A stretch of 64,000 nt of DNA from Tubulanus polymorphus (lineage: Eukaryota; Animalia; Nemertea): positions 5,293,950 through 5,357,949 of the forward strand of contig NC_134026.1 of the NCBI RefSeq assembly GCF_964204645.1. The letters run 5' to 3'. Both the position numbers and the translations under genes were made by a program. A model generated the notes under the pieces. The model was not told where the DNA came from. It made no database searches and worked only from the letters and a program-made list of their open reading frames with translations. Every line of letters starts with the position of its first letter. Position 1 is the stretch's first letter. Positions 34,235 through 47,600 of the stretch are shown piece after piece.

Positions 34235-35821
34235 TCAGTGAGAGTTGGCGTGATTCGGATATTCCTCATGAACCATCACCTGGTAATACTTGGTTAATTT
34301 TTGATAATAGTTTTATTGCATTGAAATATTTCTCCTTCATAACTGTAACACTTCCCAGTTAATAACTACCGGCATATTCAATTTGCTTTGTAACGTATTT
34401 TGTTTAAGGTATTTTGTAATATTTTTTTTTTCTTTAATTTCAGGTGAAATGGTTTTATGTAGATTATACCTATTTGAATGAATTGAGCGCATACTCAATC
34501 GCAGAATGTGACATTCTGAAAAAAATGAGATAGGTCTATCCCTCTCTTATTTTCTTAATTATTACCTTTGAAAAAGAATATCGTTAAAAAAAATTAAGCT
34601 TGATTATTTACAGTAACATAATGCAAAAGAATGTAATTAACTTCCAATTTTCAATCTTGTCTTAATCTGCAATCATGAAAATCTCAAATGTGCAGTAGCG
34701 TGTGTTGTGTTGTGTAACACAGGATCGCGCCACGCCAAGCACGCGGCTAAATCGCCTTAGCCTTTAATCTGTATTCGGTCTAGTGTGGTGAGGCTTTAAG
34801 AGTTTTATGTTTTTGCAATACAAGGCGATGATTATAAACGGGTTTAAACCAAATTCATGATCGGAGTGATCAGGTTTTACTTCTGATAAAAATAAATAAG
34901 GTTTTCTTTTTTAAAAAAAAGTGTTTATGATTTGTTCCATTTCGGTGTAGGTTCGCAGAGAAGTTAATTTGTTGATCAGGTCATCGTTTTGTGGTCGGCT
35001 TCAGTGTCTGTGGATCGCGATCATATATTACACAAACTTTTGGTATACAACCACCAACGACTAAATACGATGAACGATGAAGTACTCGGTCATTGAAGCC
35101 TGTGCGTTCATGTTCACATAGGGGATAAGTGTAACTGGCTGGTTGTTGTATTGGTGGGCTGGCTGGGGAACTAGCATTTACACCAGCGGTACAGGATTCC
35201 ATCCATCAGGAACAACAAGGCAGTTAAACCTTATATGTGCAATCTTTATTGCATCCCGGAATGAGAATGATTATCATAGCTTTACATAGTCTTTATATAC
35301 AGAATCATTAGTATAATGTGAGAACTAGGTGTCAGACAAGTTGTAGACATCAGGACTCAAAACAAACACCTAGTGACATGTTTGAGAGACATTAATTAAT
35401 TATCGATGAGCACTGACTATAGCTAATTATTGTGAAAACATATTGAGTAATGTCACATGTTGATTACGACCTTAAAGCACATATTGACACTATAGTCATA
35501 AGTTATATTATATTATTATCATTATTAATATGTAGTAGAGCTATGAAATGTTGTGAACTGTTCGATATGACATTGTAGATCTATATGATTATGAAATATG
35601 CAAATTATATCAGGGTGACATAAAGCCGGGTTCAAAATTAACCCCCCAAGCCGTTCACTCGGTGCCTCTCGACCCTGCAGATTGGTCGTGGCCAGTTCTT
35701 CTGGGTTATCGAATGGGAAACAGGAGGATATATAACATCTGCAAGAAAAGTACCTGAATTAACTAGAGAAATCCCACAATGATTCAAGGCAAAAGATGAA
35801 AAAAAGAAGAGTATATATTTT

Positions 35822-35866
35822 GGGCAACGTTTCAGCTAAACACTATCAGCCATCATCAGGCGTACT
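35822..35866 (-). ncRNA. Minimal type I hammerhead ribozyme candidate (duplicate copy)
   Basis: Same motif, with helix II closing G-U (TTAGCT-GAAACGTT). Confidence 0.45.
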
Positions 35867-36744
35867 GGAAATAATGTAACAGAATATTTATACAAGAATC
35901 AGACAATAAGATTAAAGGGATTAAACAACAAAAACCAGAGATCAAAGGAGGCAAAACGACGAGGAAGGGGGTCGGGTACTAATGCAAAGCCAATCAATAT
36001 TGTGTGGGCCCGCCGACCCTAGTCAGTAACCTGACTGTGGTTTAGTTTCACGATCGGATATTTTCACAAACCGCGTTGGTATAAGCCCATCCGATTATAA
36101 AAAGCTTACCACCAACGATTAACCAACCGTACGCCGACCCCGGAGAGTGATTATAAGGCATCCATCTTACACGGAGAGTATCTTCTTGACTCGTACCACA
36201 GGCCGGACTTGACACAAAAGGATTTTGACCCCAGTATCCTAGGTACTATTAGTATCTAGGATAGTGGGGTCATAATCTCGAAATCCCGGCCACCTCGGTA
36301 CACGACCGCCGCCCGCAGCCCCGGGGGGCGCGGCCACGCACGACCCGTTACCGGCCGTTGGTCTCCACTACACATTACTTTTAGCTGGCAAAGTGAAAAA
36401 CCGGGATATCCTAATTATAGGCTTCAATGAGCCCCTGTTTTGGATTGCAGAACAATCCGATACGGAGAATTTGCCACCACCCGCCGGATTCTCGACCGGC
36501 GTGTGCCCCGGCGAGCTGCTTAGATTCTAACCTGTTCTTTGCGGTAGTTAGTGCGATTAGTTCACCTATTCCAATATGGCGAACTACGGCCGTGATTACG
36601 ATGATCGTCCGTCTTATGGTTAGTCAGTGGTGTACCAGAACACCGTTTCAAGATGGCGGCTATGTAGAGGGCGCCATGGGACAATACAGTGAGAACAGGA
36701 CATTACCACCGCATACAACACGGGCCGAAAGCATCCGTAGCAAT

Positions 36745-39700
36745 ACTGGTATCAGTGGTATCGGGGTATCAGTAGTATCACCGGTCTCGGAGAGGATCGG
36801 ACAGTATCGCTGGTATCAGTGGTATCGTGGAACCACTAGTATCACCGGTCTCGGAGAGGATCGGACAGTATCACTGGTAACAGTGGTATCGGGGTAGCAG
36901 TAGTATCACCGGTCTCGGAGAGGATCGGACAGTATCACTGGTATCAGTGGTATCGGGGTAGCAGTAGTATCACCGGTCTCGGAGAGGATCGGACAGTATC
37001 ACTGGTAACAGTGGTATCGGGGTAGCAGTAGTATCACCGGTCTCGGAGAGGATCGGGCAGTATCACTGGTAACAGTGGTATCGGGGTAGCAGTAGTATCA
37101 CCGGTCTCGGAGAGGATCGGACAGTATCACTGGTAACAGTGGTATCGGGGTAGCAGTAGTATCACCGGTCTCCAGAAGGATCGGGCAGTATCACTGGTAA
37201 CAGTGGTATCGGGGTAGCAGTAGTATCACCGGTCTCCAGAAGGATCGGGCAGTATCACTGGTATCAGTGGTATCGGGGTAGCAGTAGTATCACCGGTCTC
37301 CAGAAGGATCGGGCAGTATCACTGGTATCAGTGGTATCGGGGTAGCAGTAGTATCACCGGTCTCGGAGAGGATCGGGCAGTATCACTGGTAACAGTGGTA
37401 TCGGGGTAGCAGTAGTATCACCGGTCTCCAGAAGGATCGGGCAGTATCACTGGTATCAGTGGTATCGGGGTAGCAGTAGTATCACCGGTCTCCGAGAGGA
37501 TCGGACAGTATCACTGGTAACAGTGGTATCGGGGTATCAATAGTACCACCGGTCTCCAGAAGGATCGAGCAGTAACACTGGTAACAGTGGTATCGGGGTA
37601 GCAGTAGTATCACCGGTCTCCAGAAGGATCGGGCAGTATCACTGGTAACAGTGGTATCGGGGTAGCAGTAGTATCACCGGTCTCGGAGAGGATCGGGCAG
37701 TATCACTGGTAACAGTGGTATCGGGGTAGCAGTAGTATCACCGGTCTCCGAGAGGATCGGGCAGTATCACTGGTATCAGTGGTATCGGGGTAGCAGTAGT
37801 ATCACCGGTCTCGGAGAGGATCGGACAGTATCACTGGTAACAGTGGTATCGGGGTAGCAGTAGTATCACCGGTCTCCAGAAGGATCGGGCAGTATCACTG
37901 GTAACAGTGGTATCGGGGTAGCAGTAGTATCACCGGTCTCCAGAAGGATCGGACAGTATCACTGGTATCAGTGGTATCGGGGTAGCAGTAGTATCACCGG
38001 TCTCCGAGAGGATCGGACAGTATCACTGGTAACAGTGGTATCGGGGTATCAATAGTACCACCGGTCTCCAGAAGGATCGAGCAGTAACACTGGTAACAGT
38101 GGTATCGGGGTAGCAGTAGTATCACCGGTCTCCAGAAGGATCGGGCAGTATCACTGGTATCAGTGCTATCGGGGTAGCAGTAGTATCACCGGTCTCCAGA
38201 AGGATCGGACAGTATCACTGGTAACAGTGGTATCGGGGTAGCAGTAGTATCACCGGTCTCCTGAAGGATCGGACAGTATCACTGGTATCAGTGGTATCGG
38301 GGTAGCAGTAGTATCACCGGTCTCGGAGAGGATCGGACAGTATCACTGGTAACAGTGGTATCGGGGTAGCAGTAGTATCATCGGTCTCCTGAAGGATCGG
38401 GCAGTATCACTGGTATCAGTGGTATCGGGGTAGCAGTAGTATCACCGGTCTCCAGAAGGATCGGACAGTATCACTGGTAACAGTGGTATCGGGGTAGCAG
38501 TAGTATCACCGGTCTCCTGAAGGATCGGGCAGTATCACTGGTATCAGCGGTATTGGGGTAGCAGTAGTATCACCGGTCTCCAGAAGGATCGGGCAGTATC
38601 ACTGGTAACAGTGGTATCGGGGTAGCAGTAGTATCACCGGTCTCCTGAAGGATCGGACAGTATCACTGGTAACAGTGGTATCGGGGTAGCAGTAGTATCA
38701 CCGGTCTCGGAGAGGATCGGGCAGTATCACTGGTGTCAGTGGTATCGGGGTAGCAGTAGTATCACCGGTCTCCTGAAGGATCGGACAGTATCACTGGTAA
38801 CAGTGGTATCGGGGTAGCAGTAGTATCACTGGTCTCCAGAAGGATCGGACAGTATCACTGGTAACAGTGGTATCGGGGTAGCAGTAGTATCACCGGTCTC
38901 CAGAAGGATCGGGCAGTATCACTGGTATCAGTGGTATCGGGGTAGCAGTAGTATCACCGGTCTCGGAGAGGATCGGACAGTATCACTGGTAACAGTGGTA
39001 TCGGGGTAGCAGTAGTATCACCGGTCTCCAGATGGATCGGGCAGTATCACTGGTATCAGTGGTATCGGGGTAGCAGTAGTATCACCGGTCTCCAGAAGGA
39101 TCGGGCAGTATCACTGGTATCAGTGGTATCGGGGTAGCAGTAGTATCACCGGTCTCGGAGAGGATCGGGCAGTATCACTGGTAACAGTGGTATCGGGGTA
39201 GCAGTAGTATCACCGGTCTCCAGAAGGATCGGACAGTATCACTGGTAACAGTGGTATCGGGGTAGCAGTAGTATCACCGGTCTCCAGAAGGATCGGGCAG
39301 TATCACTGGTATCAGTGGTATCGGGGTAGCAGTAGTATCACCGGTCTCCGAGAGGATCGGGCAGTATCACTGGTAACAGTGGTATCGGGGTAGCAGTAGT
39401 ATCACCGGTCTCCTGAAGGATCGGACAGTATCACTGGTAACAGTGGTATCGGGGTAGCAGTAGTATCACCGGTCTCGGAGAGGATCGGGCAGTATCACTG
39501 TTGTCAGTGGTATCGGGGTAGCAGTAGTATCACCGGTCTCCTGAAGGATCGGACAGTATCACTGGTAACAGTGGTATCGGGGTAGCAGTAGTATCACCGG
39601 TCTCCAGAAGGATCGGACAGTATCACTGGTAACAGTGGTATCGGGGTAGCAGTAGTATCACCGGTCTCCTGAAGGATCGGGCAGTATCACTGGTATCAGT

Positions 39701-39878
39701 GGTATCGGGGTAGCAGTAGTATCACCGGTCTCCGAGAGGATCGGACAGTATCACTGGTAACAGTGATATCGGGGTAGCAGTAGTATCACCGGTCTCCTGA
39801 AGGATCGGACAGTATCACTGGTATCAGTGGTATTGGGGTAGCAGTAGGATCACCGGTCTGGGAGAGGATCGGGCAGTA
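36745..39878 (+). repeat. Tandem array, 64-bp unit, ~49 copies (left arm of element)
   Basis: Unit CAGTATCACTGGTAACAGTGGTATCGGGGTAGCAGTAGTATCACCGGTCTCGGAGAGGATCGGA; period 64 (e.g. TAGTATCACC at 36901 and 36965). Confidence 0.97.
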
Positions 39879-40908
39879 TGCCATGAAGTTATAAGCAATA
39901 GTGAACTTTTAATTCTAGATATTTAAGATTCAAGCTAGTGTAGTATATTTGAAATGTGCGATGAACTGTGTTAATTTGTAGTAATGTTTTAATTCAAAGT
40001 TTGTATGATCATGATATCCTTAAGATGTTCCACAATAATAAATTAGATATATGTATCATAAATATGAATTAATTGACCTTAAGATTGTATCTACTTACAC
40101 TACATTCAGAAGGAGGGCGATTTTTACCTACTTTGAGGAATTTGGATTTTAGGGGAATTTAACCCTGAGGATTTTTACCACTAGCCGCTTTATATACCAT
40201 CGTCGAACTGTCTATTTTACAGATGCACAGCCACTATTTGACCATAAGTGGCAAGAAAATTATAAGTAGAGGGAACTGTCCCAGATTACCGCGAACAGCA
40301 GAATTAACAGAACGTTTCTTTACCCTGAGCAGATATTTGCGAAATTTGATGAAAAATTTAAATTGTGGGCAATGTACATCTCTTAACAAATACATAGTAA
40401 AATACCCACGATATATACCGTCATACTCTCTATACCGTCAAAATTTTCTTCACCGATGTGGATGGTATATCGGGGGTTGACTGTATTACAAAACAAAATA
40501 ATTAATTCAAGTGATGAAAATATAATAGTAATAAAACTTGACGAGGACGTATCCAGGAAAATGCAAAATGTGATTTACTTCTTTAAAATGAAATATTACA
40601 CGCTTCCGCAAATTGTTCGCAAATGTTCTACATCTGAATTATCGATCCTGTAATGGGCTCAAGTAAAATTAAACCACCTGCATATTTTAACGCTCCAAGA
40701 TCTGGCTATGTGACTACCAAAACTATGTAAGCTATCGATGCAAGCGGTGAAAAACAAAGAAGAAATAAGCCCCGGCCCTTGTTTTAATCCAATGAAAAAT
40801 TCCGGTTTCATGTAACCGGCATATTTCCATATGAAATAAAAATCAATTAAAATATTCTTCGTTTCAGTAATGATTTGAAAAGTAATGAGTAATGAATACG
40901 GTCGAAAG

Positions 40909-41572
40909 GGGGGTCATCCCTAGATTCCCCAGGTTCTATGTTCCCCGGGCCCTATATTCCCCGGGTTCCATGTTCCCCGGGTCCTATATTCCCCGGGTTC
41001 TATATTCTCCCAAAGGAAATAATACAACGAGGGTTCCATATATTCTCCAAATAATAAAAACGTTGACCGGTGTCCATACCTATGCTTTTTAATAATAGTC
41101 CATCAATCATATCATGTATTTGCTAGATACTATAAATTTGATACAGACAAGGTGCTTTTATTTTTTGCAAACGCCAGAACTTAACGAGAGAAATTCGAGA
41201 TGACAATTAATCGATCGATCAGGTAATTTATTCAGTAGTTACGTCACACTGTAAAAAGGCTTTGAAACTTGCCCGGGAGATTTTTAATTGTGATTCATGT
41301 CGTTAATTTTCATTTAATAGAATAAAGATAAAGATAAAGATAAAGATACATGTAGTGCCGATTTTCAACATCAACTAATTGGCAGCCTGACGCGTTATCA
41401 TGCTCTGAATTCCCGGCGCCGAAATTGAGTGTATGTGGCCATGGGAACAAAGGACCTTTTTATACATTTTCCATAATCTTCCAGGAATATCGGATCCGGG
41501 GAATATAGAACCCCTTTTATGTTTAATCTCCCTTGGGGGAACATAGGACCCGAGGAACATAGGTATGGACCC
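40909..41572. mobile_element. Nested MITE with subterminal ~20-bp tandem repeats
   Basis: Direct repeat GTCGAAAG at 40901-40908 and 41573-41580; left TTCCCCGGGTYCTATRTTCC repeats are inverted at right (GGGGAACATAGGACCC). Confidence 0.7.
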
Positions 41573-41669
41573 GTCGAAAGCACGACTTGCGTCCAGTCTT
41601 GGAATAATAATAAGTATAGCCGCGAGTACTCCAAGTCCAGTAGAACAGCATACAATCATGTGTACACTA

Positions 41670-42352
41670 TGGTAAAAAACTTCTAGGTAGAAATCCCCAA
41701 ATATTCAAAGTAGGTAAAAATCCCCACTTGGTGATTTTCAAGACCATTTCAAAGCAAAATGATACTCCAATTTTATTAATTTGCGATGAGACTGAAATAT
41801 GTTTGGACTGTGCAATGAAATCTTTCGTTGTGATAAATTCTTAAGTAAACTCTTAGATTTCAATAAATTGTTAGAATTAATAAGAATAATACACTTTTAT
41901 TTGTAATACCTTTAAATTCGAACCGGAATATCTTTGACCTGTGAACTCTTGTTAACTTGTGGTATATTTGAGCTGCGCGATGCAATGAATTATGAGCAAT
42001 AACGAACTTTTAATTCTAGATATTTTAGTTTCAAACTAGTGTAATATATTTGACAAGTGCTAAGAACCCTTTCATTAAGCTGTGTGATAACTTTTGAGTA
42101 CTAATTTAGTATTAATGAATTTTTGATTTGTAGTATGTTTGAATTCAAGTAGTATATGCAATAGTTTGTATACTCATGATATCCTTATGATGTTCCACAA
42201 TAATAAATAGGATATGTGTATCATAAATATGAAATACCGGTAAATATGAATTAATTGACCTTAAGATTGTATCTACTAAAACTACATTCAGAAGGAGGGG
42301 GATTTTTACCTACTTTGAAGAATTGGGGATTTTTACCAAGGGGATTTTTACT
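41670..42352. mobile_element. Degenerate nested TIR element; its right half is repeated at ~39883-40180
   Basis: TTCAAAGTAGGTAAAAATCCCC at left versus GGGGATTTTTACCTACTTTGAA at right; 41985-42350 is similar to 39883-40180. Confidence 0.55.
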
Positions 42353-42663
42353 GCACGGTAAAAGACACAGATTATCCGAGGTGATTGTGAAAAACACCAG
42401 GGAAAATTGGAAATTTTTGCAAAACTATTAAAGTTTTTCAACTAAAGAATATTACAGTATTTCATTGACTTTTGCTGTGAAATCAAATTTGGGGGGATTT
42501 TGGGTTTTTTTTACCTAGGAGGGATTTTTACCTGTTACCAAATTATACTCTTCATCCATATGTGTACAGTTGCGTCCGCCTTACTCAGTGCTGGTCAACT
42601 TAGTATGACACTTAAGTTGTTGAATTTTACAAATAGGTATTTTGATGGACCTTCTATTTACAC

Positions 42664-43405
42664 GGGATACGCCCATAATACCTCCGCCCAAAATGCCTCC
42701 GTCCAAAATCCCACACCCAGAATCCCTCCACCCAGAATACCCTCATATGTGTCCAAAATACCTCCACCCAGAATTTAAAAAAAAATACTATAATTATATT
42801 ATTTAGATGTTTAAAGTACCACCAATATTGACTATTATTCATGTATAGGATCATATATAATGTATTACGGTATATATAAACCTACTGAATAATAATTGAA
42901 TAACAATTAATGACAATGTTCACTTGCAATTAGTTTTGGCTGGGAATATTAATTAGTTTATCTCATGTCTTTAATCTTATGCTAGATTTCTCTGGAAACT
43001 ATTCAATATTTAGATTATAGAATATTAATTAGTCCTATAATCTAAGAAAACAATGTACTACATTTCGCTTTACACACTGAATTCAGTTCATTTCCATTTA
43101 AGTGCAACTATGATCACTGAAATTAACATTATACTTTGTTTTGCTCAATTAACTACTTTTAAACTATAGAACTTTGGTTTATTTGAGTATTGCCTGTAAA
43201 TTAAAACTTGGGGGGGGGACAAAATATTCATTCTAAAAAATTATATTTCTAATAGGTTCAAATTTTTGTCCTTCGGGCATAAACCCATTAGATCTAGGGC
43301 CTGGAGGTATTTTGGACACATATGAGGGTATTCTGGGTGGAGGGATTCTGGGTGTGGGATATTTGGGTGGAGGTATTTTGGGCGGAGGTATTATGACCCG
43401 GATTC
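42664..43405. mobile_element. Nested MITE with ~100-bp TIRs built of ~15-bp repeats
   Basis: CATAATACCTCCGCCCAAAAT...CATATGTGTCCAAAATACCTCCA is inverted at 43302-43395; direct repeat ATTTACAC at 42656-42663 and 43406-43413. Confidence 0.8.
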
Positions 43406-44257
43406 ATTTACACAGCCGATAGTCAATTGGTGAAATATTTTCAATACCAATGCTACTAAAGCTGAGTTGTGGTCAATGGTAGTTCATTCAATGTTATAAA
43501 AACTGTGATGATCTGATACATTACTGCGTTGTATGCTTTTGATATTTTTGTGTTGTATGACTTCATTGGTGATTATATTTCTCAGGTATCATTTACATTT
43601 TACTTTACATTTTATTGTATCATATATTGTACATAATAGCAATGATTTATTCTCCATAGTCTTAATCTGCAATCTTGATATTGGTGCATATGTTTGTTTA
43701 CAATATACTTAATTAGGCTGTTTAAAATTGAGAAACACTAATTAGTGAGTGATTTGTGACTTAACTAATTTTTTTTAAATAAAGAAGTTTCCAGTTTCTA
43801 GGCGCCATTTTGTGGCGGTCCCTCGAGGTCCCCATTGTTGCGATAATTTGCACTCATTTTTAAAACATAAGTTTAGATTGAATATCATATAGTTCTGCAG
43901 TCCCTTGCTCGACGAAATTAATTTATACACCATTTTTAAGGAAACGAAATGCAGATATTTGCTGGCGTTTCTTGGAATTTTTGAACGCAACAATTGAGAA
44001 CACTGACGATGTGACCCCAAGGACCGCATATCTTAACCGCGCGTAAAAGAAATCGCAACATTCATTAATTTCAAAATATCTAAGTATCTCTTAAAGCTAT
44101 ATTTCCAATTTTTACAGAGTTTAAAGAGGGTTATTTGCAGTTTAAGCCTGCGTTGAATATTTTTTTGAATATCTTTCCTGACGACTGATCTGTACCCGCT
44201 TGAGTTTGAGATTACCCGATAAAGTTAGATAATTTGATACGCCTTCAACAAATCTTC

Positions 44258-44400
44258 CAGGGGCCAGTTGCATAGTTATGGCTTAGACTTAAGACCAGTC
44301 TAAGACCAACTTAGTTCTATAGCCAATCTAACAACTTGAGACCAGTCTTAAGATTTAAGACCACTTTTGGACTTAAGTCACAAACTGTGCAACTGGCCCC
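44258..44400. mobile_element. Short palindromic Harbinger-like MITE
   Basis: GGGGCCAGTTGCATAGTT ... AACTGTGCAACTGGCCCC; similar termini at 2000-2119, ~3429-4054, 20650-20815, 32595-32708 and 54210-54317. Confidence 0.65.
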
Positions 44401-44627
44401 CGATCCTTAGCTGCTATGTACTATTCAAAATCAAAAAACTTAGTACGGAGAGTATTACCAGGCAGTGGATACGGCGCACCAAAAAATGAAACCAAATTTT
44501 GCAACTCTGGAAAATAAATACATGTACCACCGATAAAAATTCCACTGTAATACTAGTCAAACCTCGCTACAACGAGATCTTTTATAACGAAATATCGGTT
44601 TAATCAAACGTGTCCGGCGCAAAAAAG

Positions 44628-47600
44628 TCTACTGCTACCCCGATACCACTGTTACCAGTGATACTGCCTGATCCTCTCCCAGACCGGTGATACTACTGCT
44701 ACCCCAATACCACTGATACCAGTGATACTGCCCGATCCTTCAGGAGACCGGTGATACTACTGCTACCCCGATACCACTGATACCAGTGATACTGTCCGAT
44801 CCTCTCAGAGACCGATGATACTACTGCTACCCCGATACCACTGTTACCAGTGATACTGTCCGATCCTTCAGGAGACCGGTGATACTACTGCTACCCCGAT
44901 ACCACTGTTACCAGTGATACAGCCCGATCCTCTCAGAGACCGATGATACTACTGCTACCCCGATACCACTGTTACCAGTGATACTGTCCGATCCTCTCAG
45001 AGACCGATGATACTACTGCTACCCCGATACCACTGTTACCAGTGATACTGTCCGATCCTCTCCGAGACCGGTGATACTACTGCTACCCCGATACCACTGT
45101 TACCAGTGTTACTGCCCGATCCTTCTGGAGACCGGTGATACTACTGCTACCCCGATAGCACTGTTACCAGTGTTACTGCTCGATCCTTCTGGAGACCGGT
45201 GATACTACTGATACCCCGATACCACTGTTACCAGTGATACTGTCCGATCCTCTCGGAGACCGGTGATACTACTGCTACCCCGATACCACTGATACCAGTG
45301 ATACTGCCCGATCCTCTCGGAGACCGGTGATACTACTGATACCCCGATACCACTGTTACCAATGATACTGCCCGATCCTCTCGGAGACCGGTGATACTAC
45401 TGCTACCCCGATACCACTGTTACCAGTGATACTGTCCGATCCTCTCGGAGACCGGTGATACTACTGCTACCCCGATACCACTGATACCAGTGATACTGCC
45501 CGATCCTTCAGGAGACCGGTGATACTACTGCTACCCCGATACCACTGATACCAGTGATACTGTCCGATCCTCTCAGAGACCGATGATACTACTGCTACCC
45601 CGATACCACTGTTACCAGTGATACTGCCCGATCCTCTCCGAGACCGGTGATACTACTGCTACCCCGATACCACTGTTACCAGTGATACCGTCCGATCCTT
45701 CAGGAGACCGGTGATACTACTGCTACCCCGATACCACTGTTACCAGTGATACTGTCCGATCCTCTCAGAGACCGATGATACTACTGCTACCCCGATACCA
45801 CTGTTACCAGTGATACTGTCCGATCCTCTCCGAGACCGGTGATACTACTGCTACCCCGATACCACTGATACCAGTGATACTGCCCGATCCTTCTGGAGAC
45901 CAGTGATACTACTGCTACCCCGATACCACTGATACCAGTGATACTGCCCGATCCTTCTGGAGACCGGTGATACTACTGCTACCCCGATACCACTGTTACC
46001 AGTGATACTGTCCGATACTCTCCGAGACCGGTGATACTACTGCTACCCCGATACCACTGATACCAGTGATACTGCCCGATCCTTCAGGAGACCGGTGATA
46101 CTACTGCTACCCCGATACCACTGTTACCAGTGTTACTGCCCGATCCTTCTGGAGACCGGTGATACTACTGCTACCCCGATAGCACTGTTACCAGTGTTAC
46201 TGCTCGATCCTTCTGGAGACCGGTGATACTACTGATACCCCGATACCACTGTTACCAGTGATACTGTCCGATCCTCTCGGAGACCGGTGATACTACTGCT
46301 ACCCCGATACCACTGATACCAGTGATACTGCCCGATCCTCTCGGAGACCGGTGATACTACTGCTACCCCGATACCACTGTTACCAGTGATACTGTCCGAT
46401 CCTTCAGGAGACCGGTGATACTACTGCTACCCCGATACCACTGTTACCAGTGATACTGTCCGATCCTCTCAGAGACCGATGATACTACTGCTACCCCGAT
46501 ACCACTGTTACCAGTGATACTGTCCGATCCTCTCCGAGACCGGTGATACTACTGCTACCCCGATACCACTGATACCAGTGATACTGCCCGATCCTTCTGG
46601 AGACCAGTGATACTACTGCTACCCCGATACCACTGATACCAGTGATACTGCCCGATCCTTCTGGAGACCGGTGATACTACTGCTACCCCGATACCACTGT
46701 TACCAGTGATACTGCCCGATCCTTCTGGAGACCGGTGATACTACTGCTACCCCGATACCACTGTTACCAGTGATACTGCCCGATCCTTCTGGAGACCGGT
46801 GATACTACTGCTACCCCGATACCACTGTTACCAGTGATACTGTCCGATACTCTCCGAGACCGGTGATACTACTGCTACCCCGATACCACTGATACCAGTG
46901 ATACTGCCCGATCCTTCAGGAGACCGGTGATACTACTGCTACCCCGATACCACTGTTACCAGTGTTACTGCCCGATCCTTCTGGAGACCGGTGATACTAC
47001 TGCTACCCCGATAGCACTGTTACCAGTGTTACTGCTCGATCCTTCTGGAGACCGGTGATACTACTGATACCCCGATACCACTGTTACCAGTGATACTGTC
47101 CGATCCTCTCGGAGACCGGTGATACTACTGCTACCCCGATACCACTGATACCAGTGATACTGCCCGATCCTCTCGGAGACCGGTGATACTACTGCTACCC
47201 CGATACCACTGTTACCAGTGATACTGTCCGATCCTTCAGGAGACCGGTGATACTACTGCTACCCCGATACCACTGTTACCAGTGATACTGTCCGATCCTC
47301 TCAGAGACCGATGATACTACTGCTACCCCGATACCACTGTTACCAGTGATACTGTCCGATCCTCTCCGAGACCGGTGATACTACTGCTACCCCGATACCA
47401 CTGATACCAGTGATACTGCCCGATCCTTCTGGAGACCAGTGATACTACTGCTACCCCGATACCACTGATACCAGTGATACTGCCCGATCCTTCTGGAGAC
47501 CGGTGATACTACTGCTACCCCGATACCACTGTTACCAGTGATACTGCCCGATCCTTCTGGAGACCGGTGATACTACTGCTACCCCGATACCACTGATACC

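Noticed and set aside
34970-35618. Solo LTR (TG...CA with poly(A)-like signal) and ORF 34981-35202
   Set aside because: No matching TSD, PBS or PPT found; the ORF has no retroelement motif.
36427-36897. 156-aa ORF (and 58039-58515, 158 aa)
   Set aside because: Alternative frame across the GC-rich eIF4H-B promoter, exon 1 and TIR or intron; no domain features.
36745-39878. 64-bp array as a CRISPR array or repeat-coding ORF
   Set aside because: No unique spacers, eukaryotic context, no cas genes; 64 is not a multiple of 3 and stops recur.
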